Part shown: one piece after another, positions 38,306 through 48,826 of the stretch | Position numbering within the stretch: position 1 is the first letter of the stretch | How the letters are laid out: the number at the start of each line of letters is the position of its first letter | NCBI GenBank assembly: GCA_963790305.1 | Contig: CAWBOC010000007.1 | Span: 192,001-256,000 of the forward strand | Direction of reading: 5' to 3' | Source of the DNA: an uncultured Gemmatimonadaceae bacterium | GTDB taxonomy: Bacteria; Gemmatimonadota; Gemmatimonadetes; Gemmatimonadales; Gemmatimonadaceae | DNA: 64,000 nucleotides | Position numbers and translations under genes: made by a program | Notes under the pieces: model-generated | Seen by the model: only the letters and a program-made list of their open reading frames with translations | The model's database searches: none | What the model was told of the DNA's origin: nothing

Positions 38306-39601
38306 ATGTCGCTCACCGTGCGGGTACTGATCGGCCTCGTCGCCGGGCTCCTCGTCGGTTTCGGCGCGAATGCATTTCCCGGCCTGCGCGGCGTCATCCC
38401 ATGGATCGAGCCCCTGGGATCGATCTTCATCAATGCCATTCGGATGACGGTCGTCCCGCTCGTGGTCGCGAGCCTCGTCGTGGGCGTCGCCGGCGCGCCG
38501 GACGCGCGCGCGATCGGACGCGTGGGATGGAGGGCACTCGCGCTATTCGTGCTTCTCGTCCTCGCCGGCGCGATCTTCGGCGCGATCGTCGCGCAGCCCA
38601 TTCTCGTCCGCATGATCGATCCGGGCGCGGCGGGCGCGATCGCGTCAGGCACCGCCGGCCAGCTCGCCGGCGCGGCGCAGGAAGGCGCGCAACGCCTGCC
38701 GAGCTTCGCGCAATGGCTGATCGATCTCGTGCCCTCGAATCCCATTCGCGCTGCCGCCGACGGAGCAATGTTGCCGCTCATCGTCTTCTCTCTCCTCTTC
38801 GGTGTGGCATTGCTGCGGCTCGATGCCGCGCGTCGTCGCCCCATCATTGGTTTTTTCGAAGGCGTCGCTGACGCCATGCTCGTGCTCGTTCGATGGGTGC
38901 TGGTGCTCGCGCCGATCGGCGTGTTCGCGCTCGCCGTGCCGCTCGCGGCCCGGATGGGGCTGGCGGCCGCGGGGGCGCTCGCCGGCTTCGTCATCCTCGT
39001 CTCGGCGCTTTCGGTCGCCTTCATGGCGCTGGTGCTCTATCCAGCGGCCTCCGTCATTGGGCGCGTGCCGTTAGGCGCGTTTGCGCGGGCAATCGCGCCC
39101 TCGCAAGCGGTCGCCTTCAGCTCGCGCTCCTCGCTCGCCGCCTTGCCGGCGATGATCGAGGCGGCGGAGACGCGGCTCGGCTTCCCGCCGGAGATCTCGC
39201 GCTTCCTCCTCCCGTTGTCGGCATCGACCTTTCGCGCGGGATCCGGCGTCGGTCTCACCGTGAGTGTGCTGTTCGTCGCGCGACTGTACGGCGTCGATCT
39301 GAGCGTGGCGCAGATGGCAACCGTCATCGCCACCGTTCTGCTCACGAGCTTCAGCGTGCCCGGAATCCCGAACGGGTCGATCATCGCCATGGTGCCGATT
39401 CTCGTGGCCGCCGGCATCCCCGTCGAGGGAATCGGAATACTGCTGAGCATCGATACGATCCCCGACATGTTCCGCACGACGACGAACGTGACCGGCCACA
39501 TGACCGCGGCGGCGATTCTTTCACGGTCCCGCTCGCGCGCGCTGGTCCCGATGGCCGAGGTACCGGCGGCCGCTCCACTCCCGGGAGCCACGAACCCATG
39601 A
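38306..39601 (+). CDS. Dicarboxylate/amino acid:cation symporter (DAACS)
   Basis: AFSSRSSLAALP, DMFRTTTNVTG. Confidence 0.9.
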   Translation: MSLTVRVLIGLVAGLLVGFGANAFPGLRGVIPWIEPLGSIFINAIRMTVVPLVVASLVVGVAGAPDARAIGRVGWRALALFVLLVLAGAIFGAIVAQPILVRMIDPGAAGAIASGTAGQLAGAAQEGAQRLPSFAQWLIDLVPSNPIRAAADGAMLPLIVFSLLFGVALLRLDAARRRPIIGFFEGVADAMLVLVRWVLVLAPIGVFALAVPLAARMGLAAAGALAGFVILVSALSVAFMALVLYPAASVIGRVPLGAFARAIAPSQAVAFSSRSSLAALPAMIEAAETRLGFPPEISRFLLPLSASTFRAGSGVGLTVSVLFVARLYGVDLSVAQMATVIATVLLTSFSVPGIPNGSIIAMVPILVAAGIPVEGIGILLSIDTIPDMFRTTTNVTGHMTAAAILSRSRSRALVPMAEVPAAAPLPGATNP

Positions 39602-40752
39602 GTTGGGCGCCGCTCCTCGCAGCGGCGCCCTGGTTGGCGGCGGTCGCGATCGTTCTCTGGCGCGTCAGCCAATCGCGCCATCTCGACGAGTACGCCGCCG
39701 AGCCTCCGCCCGACGCGCCACGGCTGAGCGTGATCGTGCCGGCGCGCAACGAGTCGGCGAACATCACGCGATGCGTGGCGTCGCTGTGCGCGTCGTCGTA
39801 CCCGTCGCTCGACATCATCGTGGTGGACGACCACTCCACCGACGACACGGCACGTCTCGCGCGTGACGCGGGCGCCGGCAGCCCGCGACTGCGTGTCGTG
39901 TCCGCACCTGAGCTCGGGTCGGACTGGCTCGGGAAACAGTGGGCCTGTGCGCATGGCGCATCGCTCGCGCGCGGCCAGGTGCTCTGCTTCACCGACGCCG
40001 ACACCGTGCATGCGCCGGATCTCCACGTGCGCTCGGTGCGTGCGCTGCTCGATCGGGGCGCCGATCTGCTCTCGGTCGCCGGCACGCAGGAGCTGGGCAC
40101 GTTCTGGGAGCGTCTCGTGCAGCCGCAAATCTTTGCGCTCCTGTTCGCTCGATACGGCGGGACCGAGATCGTCTCGCGCGCGAGGCGCCCTGAAGATGTC
40201 ATCGCCAATGGGCAGTACATGCTCTTTCGGCGGGCATCGTACGACGCGTTAGGCGGCCACGCCAGCGTTCGCCGAAAGGTCGCTGAGGACCTCGCCCTCG
40301 CGATGCGCGCCAAACAGCACGGAATGCAGGTGCACATCATCCAGGGGCTCGGCCAGTTGTCGACGCGCATGTACGCGTCACTCAGTGCCCTGGTGCGCGG
40401 CTGGATGAAGAACGTGTACGCCGGTGGCATCGAGACACTTCCCGCGAGCCGGATCTGGCGCCTGCTGTATCCGGCGATGCTGTTGGCGCCGATCCTGTTC
40501 TGGCTCGCGCCGCCCGTCGTGCTTGGACTGTGGCTGGCAGACGTCGTTTCGGACAGCGCAGGAACCTGGGCACTCGCCGCCTGCGCCATCCTCCTTGTGT
40601 GGTGGCTGACCGTCTACACCGCCATGACCCGCCGCCCGTGGTACGCTCTCGCGGCCCCCATGGGAAATTTGCTTCTCGGTTACATCTTCCTGCGCGCGAT
40701 TGCGCGGGGCACGCGGGTGGAGTGGAAGGGGCGGGAGTACGAGGTGAACTAG
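39598..40752 (+). CDS. Glycosyltransferase family 2 (CrtQ/HpnB-like)
   Basis: VIVPARNE, VDDHSTD, WLGKQWAC, FTDAD, AEDLAL, WKGR. Confidence 0.88.
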   Translation: MSWAPLLAAAPWLAAVAIVLWRVSQSRHLDEYAAEPPPDAPRLSVIVPARNESANITRCVASLCASSYPSLDIIVVDDHSTDDTARLARDAGAGSPRLRVVSAPELGSDWLGKQWACAHGASLARGQVLCFTDADTVHAPDLHVRSVRALLDRGADLLSVAGTQELGTFWERLVQPQIFALLFARYGGTEIVSRARRPEDVIANGQYMLFRRASYDALGGHASVRRKVAEDLALAMRAKQHGMQVHIIQGLGQLSTRMYASLSALVRGWMKNVYAGGIETLPASRIWRLLYPAMLLAPILFWLAPPVVLGLWLADVVSDSAGTWALAACAILLVWWLTVYTAMTRRPWYALAAPMGNLLLGYIFLRAIARGTRVEWKGREYEVN

Positions 40753-40759
40753 GGGTGAG

Positions 40760-40838
40760 CGAGGATGTCGAGGATGTCGAGGGTGTCGAGGAGAGCAACG
40801 ACGTTCCCTCGATCACGTCGACGACCTCGACACCCTCG
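40760..40838. repeat. Family A inverted tandem 9-mer element
   Basis: cgaggatgtcgaggatgtcgagggtgtcgagg...cctcgatcacgtcgacgacctcgacaccctcg. Confidence 0.9.
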
Positions 40839-40913
40839 CCACCTTTACCAAGGAACCTTTCCCACCTCCGAGGTGTCGAAGTATTCGGAAGCACACCTGC
40901 TTCCACCTCCGAG

Positions 40914-40962
40914 TGGAACCTCCCCGGTCGCGCCTGCATGGGTGGCCGGGGAGTTCCATTTT
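40914..40962 (+). terminator. Long hairpin followed by TTTT, terminator-like
   Basis: TGGAACCTCCCCGGTCGC...GTGGCCGGGGAGTTCCATTTT. Confidence 0.55.
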
Positions 40963-41021
40963 CGAGCCCCCACGCATTGCCTCGATGAGAGCGTTGCGCC
41001 GCGGGCAGTCTACCGTGGCGC

Positions 41022-44000
41022 GTGCTTTCGCTGCGCGCAGCCGCCGACCTGCTCACCGCCGCCGCGACGCTCGAGCATCTGGCACCGCTCGCGCGCGCGG
41101 TCGGCGGCTTCGACGCACCGCTCCCGCTGGCCGATGATGCGCGAGCCGCCATGGGATTGGCGGACACCAGCGACGCCCGCATCGTCTCCGGCACCGGGTC
41201 GCTTCGAGTCCTCCTGCTGGAATGGCCGCGCGGCACCGCGCTACGTGAGCGCATCGCCGCCGCGGCCGCGCGCCTCAGCGCGCGCGCACCACATCTCCTC
41301 TGGCTCGTGATCGGCGTCGAGCGCGCGGGGAGCGCGCTCACCCTGGCGACCTGGACCGCCGACCGCGCACGGCCGCGCATTGCGGCTCTGACCGTCGATC
41401 GCCGGTACGTGATACCGAGCGATGCCGAAACGCTGTGTGCGCTCGCGATCGCGAGCGACGGCGACGACGTCATGACGCACACCCAATGGGTAGAGGTGCT
41501 GGGGCGTGATGCGCTGACGCGGCGGTTCTATCGCGCGCTCGAAGGCGTCGTCACCAACCTCGCCGAGCGCGCCGCGACACGCGCGGGCGCCGCGGATCGA
41601 CGCGAGATCGCACTGCTCTGGCTCTCGCGATTGCTCTTTCTCTCCTTTCTCGAGACGAAAGGGTGGCTCGACGGCGACCGCCGGTTTCTCGCTCGCCGGT
41701 TCGAAGCGTGCGCGGGAAGCGCGGGAGGAGCGCACCGACGCTTGCTGCTGCCGTTGTTTTTCGGAACCCTGAACACCCCGGTGCACAAACGCGCGGCGGC
41801 GGCGCGCGACTTTGGAACTATTCCCTTCCTCAACGGCGGCCTCTTCGCCCGATCGCCGCTCGAGCGACGGCATCGTGGGTTGCACTTCCCGGACGATGCG
41901 CTCGGTCGCGTCTTCGACGATCTCCTCACTCGCTATCGCTTCACCGCACGTGAGGACGACGTGCAATGGTCCGAAGCAGCCGTCGACCCCGAAATGCTCG
42001 GCAAGGCATTCGAATCGCTCATGGCAACGCGCGCGCGACGCCAGAGCGGCGCGTACTACACTCCCCACACACTCGTATCACGCGTAACGCGAGCGGCCCT
42101 CCTCGAGGCGCTCGCGCTGCCAGGACTCCGTCGGGGTGACATCACCGCAGCGCTCGATGGAGCCCCCGTCGACCCGACGACAGCAGCGCTATTGCGGGAA
42201 CGGGCGCTCGATCTGACGATCCTCGACCCTGCCTGTGGATCGGGTGCGTTCCTGGTGCACGGGCTCGAGGAGCTGACCGGTCTGCTCGTACGGTGCGGGG
42301 ACCCGCGCGCCCCGGTCATGATCCGCCGTTCGCTGCTCACGCGATCCATCTTTGGCGTGGACATCAACCCCACCGCGGTGTGGCTGTGCGAGCTACGCCT
42401 CTGGCTCGCCGTCGTCATCGAGCATGACGAAGTGAACCCACTTCGCATCCCGCCGCTGCCGAATCTGGATCGCCATATTCGCGTGGGGGACGCGCTCGGT
42501 GGTGCCGCCTTCAACGACACCACGATCGTGCCCGGCGGCGCTCGTATCGCGCGCCTGCGCGGCCGGTATTCACGTGCGTCCGGGTCGCGAAAGCGAACGC
42601 TGGAGCGCGAGCTCGACCGGGCGGAACGTGCGCACGCCCGCGCAGTGCTCGATGCGAGCATCGCGCGATGCGCCGCGGCGCGCCGCGCTCTGCTCGCCGC
42701 CTGGCGCGGTCGCGATCTGTTTGGCGAGCGCTACGCGCCGACCTCCGCCGAGCGCACCGAGGCTCAGGTGCTCCGCATGCGGTCGCGTGACTCCCGTGCT
42801 GCATTACGCGCCCTCACGCACGGCGGCGCCCTCCCCTTCTCCTTCCCGACACACTTCGCCGACGCCGCGTCGCGTGGCGGGTTCAATGCGATCATTGGCA
42901 ATCCGCCGTGGGTGCGGCTTCACCGTATTCCGGTCGAGGCGCGCCGTCGGCTGCGCGCTTCCTTCGCCGTGTTCACGCGGGCGTCGTGGGAGCACGGGGC
43001 CGAGGCGGCACATGCTGGCCACGGGTTCGCTGCCCAGGTGGACCTCTCCGCCCTCTTCGTCGAGCGGTCGCTCGAGCTGTTGCGCGATGGCGCTCCGCTC
43101 GCGCTGCTTCTTCCGGCCAAACTCTGGCGGGCCCTTGCCGGTGGTGGCGTTAGGCGCCTGCTCGCCGAGCACGCCACGGTGGTAGCGCTCGAGGATTGGT
43201 CCGAGTTTCCTGCCGCCTTCGACGCCGCCACCTACCCGTCGCTGCTGGTCGCGCGCCGCGGACGCGCATCCCCTCCGCGCGATGTCGCTCTGACGATCCG
43301 CCGGCGCGAGGGAGCCCTCGAATGGATGCTTCGTCGGGCGGCGTTAGGGTTCGACACGGATGAGGCCGCGCCGTGGCTCATGCTCCCGCCTCCCGCCCGT
43401 CAGACCTTCGATCGTCTTCGCGCCGCCGGCACGCCACTCCACCAGACGTCCCTCGGTCGTCCGCTGCTGGGCGTAAAGTGCGGGTGTAACGAAGCCTTCG
43501 TCGTCGGCATTGGCGACGCGGCCATCGAGGAGGCGATGCTCCGCCCGGTGATTCGCGGCGAGTCGCTGGCGCCGTGGCGCCTTGCCGACGCGGGCGAGCT
43601 GATCGTCTGGACGCACGGGTCGGATGGTCGTGTCCTTCCAGTCCTTCCGCCGCGCGCGCGCCGCTGGCTCGAGCGCTGGAGACCGCGCCTCGCCGCGCGG
43701 AGCGACGCACGAGGGTCATGCTGGTGGTCGCTGTTCCGCACGGCTGCCGCCGATTGTCGGCGGGCCCGCGTCGTGTGGGCCGACGTCGGCAAGGCGCCGC
43801 GCGCTATCGTTCTCGAAGCAGGCGATCCTGCCGTTCCGCTCAACAGCTGTTACGTGATCGCCTGCGATCGTGAGGAGGATGCGCACGCGATCGCCGTGCT
43901 GCTGAACTCCATGGTGGCTGCCGCGTGGCTCAACGCGCTCGCCGAGCCGGCTCGTGGCGGATATCGTCGCTACCTGGGCTGGACCGTCGCGCTGCTTCCT

Positions 44001-44166
44001 CTGCCTCACGATTGGGAGCGCGCACGAACGCTGCTCGCCCCGCTCGGCAGGCGCGCATCATCCTGCGGCGAGCTCGCCCCAGAATGAAGCGCTGCTCGCG
44101 GTCGCGCGAGCCTACCGGCTTCGCGCCGCCGACCTCGAGCCCCTGCTGGCATGGATGGGCCGCTGA
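41022..44166 (+). CDS. Large N6-adenine DNA methyltransferase (Eco57I/type IIG-like architecture); probable frameshift near 44075
   Basis: PFLNGGLF, DPEMLGKAFE, GAYYTP, DPACGSGAF, GVDINP, IGNPPW; track ORF stops at 44087, a likely true C-terminus (ARAYRL...LEPLLAW) continues to 44166. Confidence 0.88.
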
Positions 44167-46370
44167 CGCGGGAGTCCGCCGCCAGCGTGCGGGCACTCAT
44201 CGCGAACGCCTGGCTGGCGCCCGATGCGCCACAGACGTTAGGCAGCATCACGCTCCGTCCCCATCAGCGAGAGGCCGTGGCGCGGGCGCGTGTCGCGCTC
44301 GCGGCGCACGGTGGAGCGCTCATTGCCGACGACGTGGGCCTCGGAAAGACCTTCATCGCGCTCGCGCTCGCCGCGGAGGCGCAGCGCTCGCTCGTAGTCG
44401 GTCCGGCCGCGCTGCGCGCCATGTGGTCACACGCCTGTGCGCAAACCGGTGTGAACACGGAGTATCGCTCATATGAAGCACTCAGCCGGTCGCCGATGCC
44501 TGCGCAAGGCCACGACCTCGTCATCCTCGACGAGGCGCATCACGTGCGTACGCCGCGGACTGCTCGTTACCGGCATCTCGCGCAGGGATTGGTTGGCGCC
44601 CGAGTGCTTCTCCTCACCGCGACGCCGATCCACAACAGCATTCGCGACCTGCGTGCCGTGCTGGCGCTCTATCTGGGCGCGATCGCCTGGGCGATCAATG
44701 AGGGTGAGCTTGCAGCACACGTCATTCGACGAGAGCAGGAAGACGTGGGGTTCGACGCCCCGCTGCCCACGCTGGCGCCGCCTCGACCGATCACGCTCTC
44801 CAGCAATGACGACCTGCTCGACGAGATAATCTCCCTTCCGGCACCCGTTCCACCGCGCAATGGCGGCGACGGCGGCGCGTTGCTCTCGTTCACCCTCGCC
44901 AGATTGTGGGCGTCGAGTCACTTCGCGCTCCGTGCTGCCCTCCGCCGTCGCCTTCACAAAGCGCGGGCGCTCGAGGATGCGCTGGGCTGCGGACGTCATC
45001 CCACTCGTGGAGAGCTGCGCGCCTGGGCAATTGGCGACGACGCGACGCAGCTCGCCTTTCCCGAGCTTGTGGCGACGAGCGGAGAGGGCGACATCGGAGG
45101 TCTGTTAGGTGCGGTGGGTGCGCACGCTTCCGCCCTCGAGACACTCATCCGGGCGATGCCGGTTGATTCCCCGCACGATCGCGAACGCGCGGACCGCATA
45201 CGCGACATCGCGCTGAGGCATTCGGGCGAGAAGATCATTGCATTCACCCAGTTCGCGGACACGGCCACGGCACTCTTTCGCCTGCTGCGGGACTCTGTCC
45301 AATGCTGCCAGCTCGACGGGGGCGGCGCACGGGTGGCGGGCGGCCGTCTGTCCCGGCGTGAGGCACTCGCGCGATTCGCGCCGCGGGCGAGCGGAGCGGC
45401 GGAGCCGGCGGCGTCCGATCGCATTGATCTGCTCATCACCACCGATCTCCTCAGCGAAGGAGTCAATCTTCAGGACGCCTCGGTGGTGGTGCACCTCGAC
45501 CTGCCCTGGACCTCGGCCCGCATGGCACAGCGTGTTGGCCGCTCCCGCCGTCTTGGCGCCACCCATCCGTCGACCGTGGTTTATGCGATCGCTCCCCCGG
45601 CAGCTGCCGACGCGCTGTTGCGGCAGGAACAGCGGTTGCGCGAGAAGCTTCGCGCGGCAGCTCGTGTCACCGGCGCGTGCGGCGCGATCCTGCCCGTTAG
45701 GCTGGTGCTCGCGTCCGCGACCGCAATCGACGAAGAGAGCGCACCCACGCGCCACGCGCAGCTCCTTCGCGCGCTCCTCGCGCGCTGGCGTACCGGGCCC
45801 ATCGCGAGTGCAGGGCCGCCAGGCGCGTACGTTCGCGCCAGTACGTCAGGCGCCCTGGCCCTCGTGAGGCAGGGATCCGAGCGTCTGCTCGTGGCGCTCG
45901 TGGATGGCCAGGTGAGTGGCCGCCCCGCCGACATTCTTGCCGCCGCGCGACTCGCCGATGGCGACGAGAATATCGAGGACGACGTCGATCGAGTCACGCC
46001 AGTTCTGACGAAGCTCGAGGCGTGGCTGTCGGCCCGCGCCGGCGCCAGCGTCGCCGGCGTCGGTCACACCATCGCCGGAGCGGCCCGGCGCGTGGCGATG
46101 CAGCGCATCGCGCACATCGCCGCCCGCACCCCGCACCATCACCGGGCGCAGGTCGCTCCCCTCGCAGCCGAGGCACGGCGGATTGTGACCGCTCCCTACG
46201 GGGTTGGCGCGGAGCGCATCCTCGCCGAGCTCGCTGGTTCTGCCCTGCCCGACGAGGCCTGGCTTCAGGCCGTCCGGGCATTCGGGGATGCGAACTGCAG
46301 AGGCGCTGCAGGCGCTAGAGGCGCTAGAGGCGCTGGGACGATTGAAGCAATCATCGTGTTCGAGCCGTAA
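44151..46370 (+). CDS. SNF2-like superfamily 2 helicase/ATPase
   Basis: LRPHQ, ADDVGLGKT, LDEAH, TATP, TDLLSEGVNLQ, QRVGR. Confidence 0.9.
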   Translation: MDGPLTRESAASVRALIANAWLAPDAPQTLGSITLRPHQREAVARARVALAAHGGALIADDVGLGKTFIALALAAEAQRSLVVGPAALRAMWSHACAQTGVNTEYRSYEALSRSPMPAQGHDLVILDEAHHVRTPRTARYRHLAQGLVGARVLLLTATPIHNSIRDLRAVLALYLGAIAWAINEGELAAHVIRREQEDVGFDAPLPTLAPPRPITLSSNDDLLDEIISLPAPVPPRNGGDGGALLSFTLARLWASSHFALRAALRRRLHKARALEDALGCGRHPTRGELRAWAIGDDATQLAFPELVATSGEGDIGGLLGAVGAHASALETLIRAMPVDSPHDRERADRIRDIALRHSGEKIIAFTQFADTATALFRLLRDSVQCCQLDGGGARVAGGRLSRREALARFAPRASGAAEPAASDRIDLLITTDLLSEGVNLQDASVVVHLDLPWTSARMAQRVGRSRRLGATHPSTVVYAIAPPAAADALLRQEQRLREKLRAAARVTGACGAILPVRLVLASATAIDEESAPTRHAQLLRALLARWRTGPIASAGPPGAYVRASTSGALALVRQGSERLLVALVDGQVSGRPADILAAARLADGDENIEDDVDRVTPVLTKLEAWLSARAGASVAGVGHTIAGAARRVAMQRIAHIAARTPHHHRAQVAPLAAEARRIVTAPYGVGAERILAELAGSALPDEAWLQAVRAFGDANCRGAAGARGARGAGTIEAIIVFEP

Positions 46371-46405
46371 GCGCCTCTAGCGCCTCTAGCGCCTCTAGCG
46401 CCTCT
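46299..46405. repeat. Family B element; left arm inside the helicase CDS, right arm after its stop
   Basis: agaggcgctgcaggcgctagaggcgctagaggcgctg...agcgcctctagcgcctctagcgcctctagcgcctct. Confidence 0.9.
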
Positions 46406-46514
46406 TCTCAGCCATGAGCTCGTCAGCCCCACCCACGTGGCCTCAACGCCCGGCATTCAAACCTTTCGGGCCATTCCGGTATCTGATCCCACGACTCGGA
46501 GACATGGTCAGCGG

Positions 46515-47072
46515 ATGCTTGCTGCAGCACCCGAAGCGGTGACACAACTCGAGAAGGTACCTGCCGATAATGTGGCTCTCGCCGCCTCGGGGGACCGCCG
46601 GGCGTTCGAGCGGCTCTATCGCGCAAACGTCAACCGAGTTTTTGCAGTCTGTGTTCGCATGTCGGGAGATCGCACTCGCGCGGAAGAGCTGACGCAGGAT
46701 GTGTTCGTTCGCGTGTGGGAGAAGCTGCCGCTGTTCCGAGCCGAGAGCGCGTTTTCGACGTGGGTACACCGGCTGGCCGTCAACGTCGTCCTGAACGCGC
46801 GAAAGGCAGAAGGACGTGAGCGTGCGCGGCGCGAGCCGGATGGGGAAGACGTGCTCGAGGCGCGAGGGTCGTCACCGCATCACGGCGACCGCATGGACCT
46901 GGAGAAAGCGATCGCGACGCTGCCCCCGGGTGCCCGAAGAGTGTTCGTTCTGCACGACGTCGAAGGCTATAAACACGAAGAGATCGCCGAGATGCTCGGC
47001 GTCACCGCCGGCGGAAGCAAGGCCCAATTGCACCGCGCGCGGATGCTCCTGAGGGAGGCGCTAAATACATGA
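46515..47072 (+). CDS. ECF RNA polymerase sigma factor
   Basis: GDRRAFERLY, AEELTQDVF, FSTWVHRLAVN, LPPGARRVFVLHDVEGYKHEEIA; start may be 46437. Confidence 0.92.
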   Translation: MLAAAPEAVTQLEKVPADNVALAASGDRRAFERLYRANVNRVFAVCVRMSGDRTRAEELTQDVFVRVWEKLPLFRAESAFSTWVHRLAVNVVLNARKAEGRERARREPDGEDVLEARGSSPHHGDRMDLEKAIATLPPGARRVFVLHDVEGYKHEEIAEMLGVTAGGSKAQLHRARMLLREALNT

Positions 47073-47869
47073 GCGACCAGAGACTGATGACTTGCGAGCA
47101 GCTCGACGAGCGGCTCTCCGATTGGCTCGAGAACGAGCTGGATCCGGCGACACGCACGCTGCTGGAGCGGCACGTAGCTGCCTGTGCCCGCTGCACGGCG
47201 CTGGTGGCGGACCTCGCATTGATCCGCCGCGAGGCGGAGTCGCTCCCGGAGCTCGTCCCCTCGCGCGATCTGTGGGCCGGGATCGAGGCGCGCATCCAGG
47301 CGCCGGTGATCCCAATGGAGCAGCAGCGCGTCGTGCATGCGGCGTCAGGTCGCAGCAGGGCTCGTCAGGCCTGGTGGCTCGGAGCGGCGGCAGCCGCCCT
47401 GATCGCCGTGACCGCGGGCGTGACGCACTACATGACGATTCAGACGCGACCCAATGCAGCGGTGGTCGCAGCCGCACCAGTCGTCGAGCGGGCGCCGGAT
47501 TCGACCGCGCCGGCAGAAGTCATCGAGCCCGCGGCGTCACTGGCCTCGACGGAGCCGAGCACCACGCAGCGTGACGAGCGTCCCCGCGCCAGCGCACCAA
47601 CGCGTTCGCCCGTCGCGGAGCAGTCGGAGTACGCACGTGATGTCGCGCAGCTGCGCACCATCGTCAGTCAGCGACGGACGGAGCTCGATTCGACCACCAT
47701 CGCGGTGCTGGAGAAGAACCTGGAGTTGATCGACCGCGCGATCGCTGAAAGCCGCGCGGCCCTCGAGCGCGACCCGGCCAGCGACTTCCTCGCTGATCAG
47801 CTCGCGCGCGCCATGACCAAAAAGGTCGCCATTCTGCGGACGGTGGCTCTGCTGCCGGCCCGCTCCTGA
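47069..47869 (+). CDS. Zinc-binding anti-sigma factor (zf-HC2) with TM helix
   Basis: HVAACARC (HxxxCxxC), one TM. Confidence 0.88.
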   Translation: MSDQRLMTCEQLDERLSDWLENELDPATRTLLERHVAACARCTALVADLALIRREAESLPELVPSRDLWAGIEARIQAPVIPMEQQRVVHAASGRSRARQAWWLGAAAAALIAVTAGVTHYMTIQTRPNAAVVAAAPVVERAPDSTAPAEVIEPAASLASTEPSTTQRDERPRASAPTRSPVAEQSEYARDVAQLRTIVSQRRTELDSTTIAVLEKNLELIDRAIAESRAALERDPASDFLADQLARAMTKKVAILRTVALLPARS

Positions 47870-47884
47870 TAGAGAGTATCGAGA

Positions 47885-48826
47885 ATGTTTGCACGATATC
47901 TGTGGGCGGCCGTGCTGACCGCCGCTACCGCGCTGTCCGCCGGCGCGCAAGCGAAAGACAAGGATAGGGACCGGGATCGGGATCGCGACGACGAGCGCGA
48001 GTACACATCGCGCATCGACACGATCCTGCCACTCAGCCGCAATGGCGCCGTCGAGATCCGCCTGCACACGGGCGACATCATCGTGACCGGCTGGACGCGC
48101 AATGAGGTGAGGGTGCGCGGCGCGAGCGAGCGGGGACAGATCCGTGTCGATGCCACGGCGTCGCACATCGAGATCGGTACGCGGCCCGAGCACAGCCGGC
48201 ACGGCGAAGCGCACGTGGAAGTCACCGTCCCGGAGGGCACGCGACTCACGGTGGCCGGCAGCTCCGCGGACGTCTCCGTGCGGGGCGTGAAGGGTGAGGT
48301 CGAGGTCACGACAATGAACGGCGACCTCGAGATCGACAACGCCTCATCGCGCGTGAGCTTCGAGAGCGTGTCGGGGGATGTGCAGATCTCGCGAGTGCAG
48401 GGCGATCTGCGCGGCGAGGCAATGAGCGGTGAGATCGACATCACCAATGTCGCCGGCGTGGTGGAAGTCGAGAGCGTCAGCGGTGATCTCACCCTGCACA
48501 ACGTGCGGTCGAAGTCGGTGCGCGCCGAAACGGTGAGCGGGTCCATCGAGTTCGAGGGGCGCACCGAGACCGGCGGTCGCTACGACTTCGCGTCGCATTC
48601 GGGGGACGTGCGGCTCATGCTGCCATCGGCGTTAGGCGCGTTGATCTCGGTGGAGACCTTCAGCGGTACGATCGACAGCGACTTCCCGATCACGCTTCAG
48701 CCCGGACAGCGGCACGGCAAGGAGTTCGAGTTCCAGGTCGGTGATGGTGGCGCGCGCATCGGCGCGACCTCGTTCAGCGGTGGTATCTACATTCAACGCA
48801 GCGGCACCAGCCGCAACCCGGAGTGA
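47885..48826 (+). CDS. DUF4097 beta-strand-repeat protein
   Basis: Signal peptide, repeated xSVSGD/I units. Confidence 0.85.
   Translation: MFARYLWAAVLTAATALSAGAQAKDKDRDRDRDRDDEREYTSRIDTILPLSRNGAVEIRLHTGDIIVTGWTRNEVRVRGASERGQIRVDATASHIEIGTRPEHSRHGEAHVEVTVPEGTRLTVAGSSADVSVRGVKGEVEVTTMNGDLEIDNASSRVSFESVSGDVQISRVQGDLRGEAMSGEIDITNVAGVVEVESVSGDLTLHNVRSKSVRAETVSGSIEFEGRTETGGRYDFASHSGDVRLMLPSALGALISVETFSGTIDSDFPITLQPGQRHGKEFEFQVGDGGARIGATSFSGGIYIQRSGTSRNPE

Noticed and set aside
41022..46370. Complete DISARM or BREX system
   Set aside because: drmA/drmB/drmC and brxC/pglZ-type genes are absent from the neighbourhood
47955..47995. GACCGGGATCGGGATCGC short repeat
   Set aside because: Encodes an Asp-Arg linker after the signal peptide; no inverted arm
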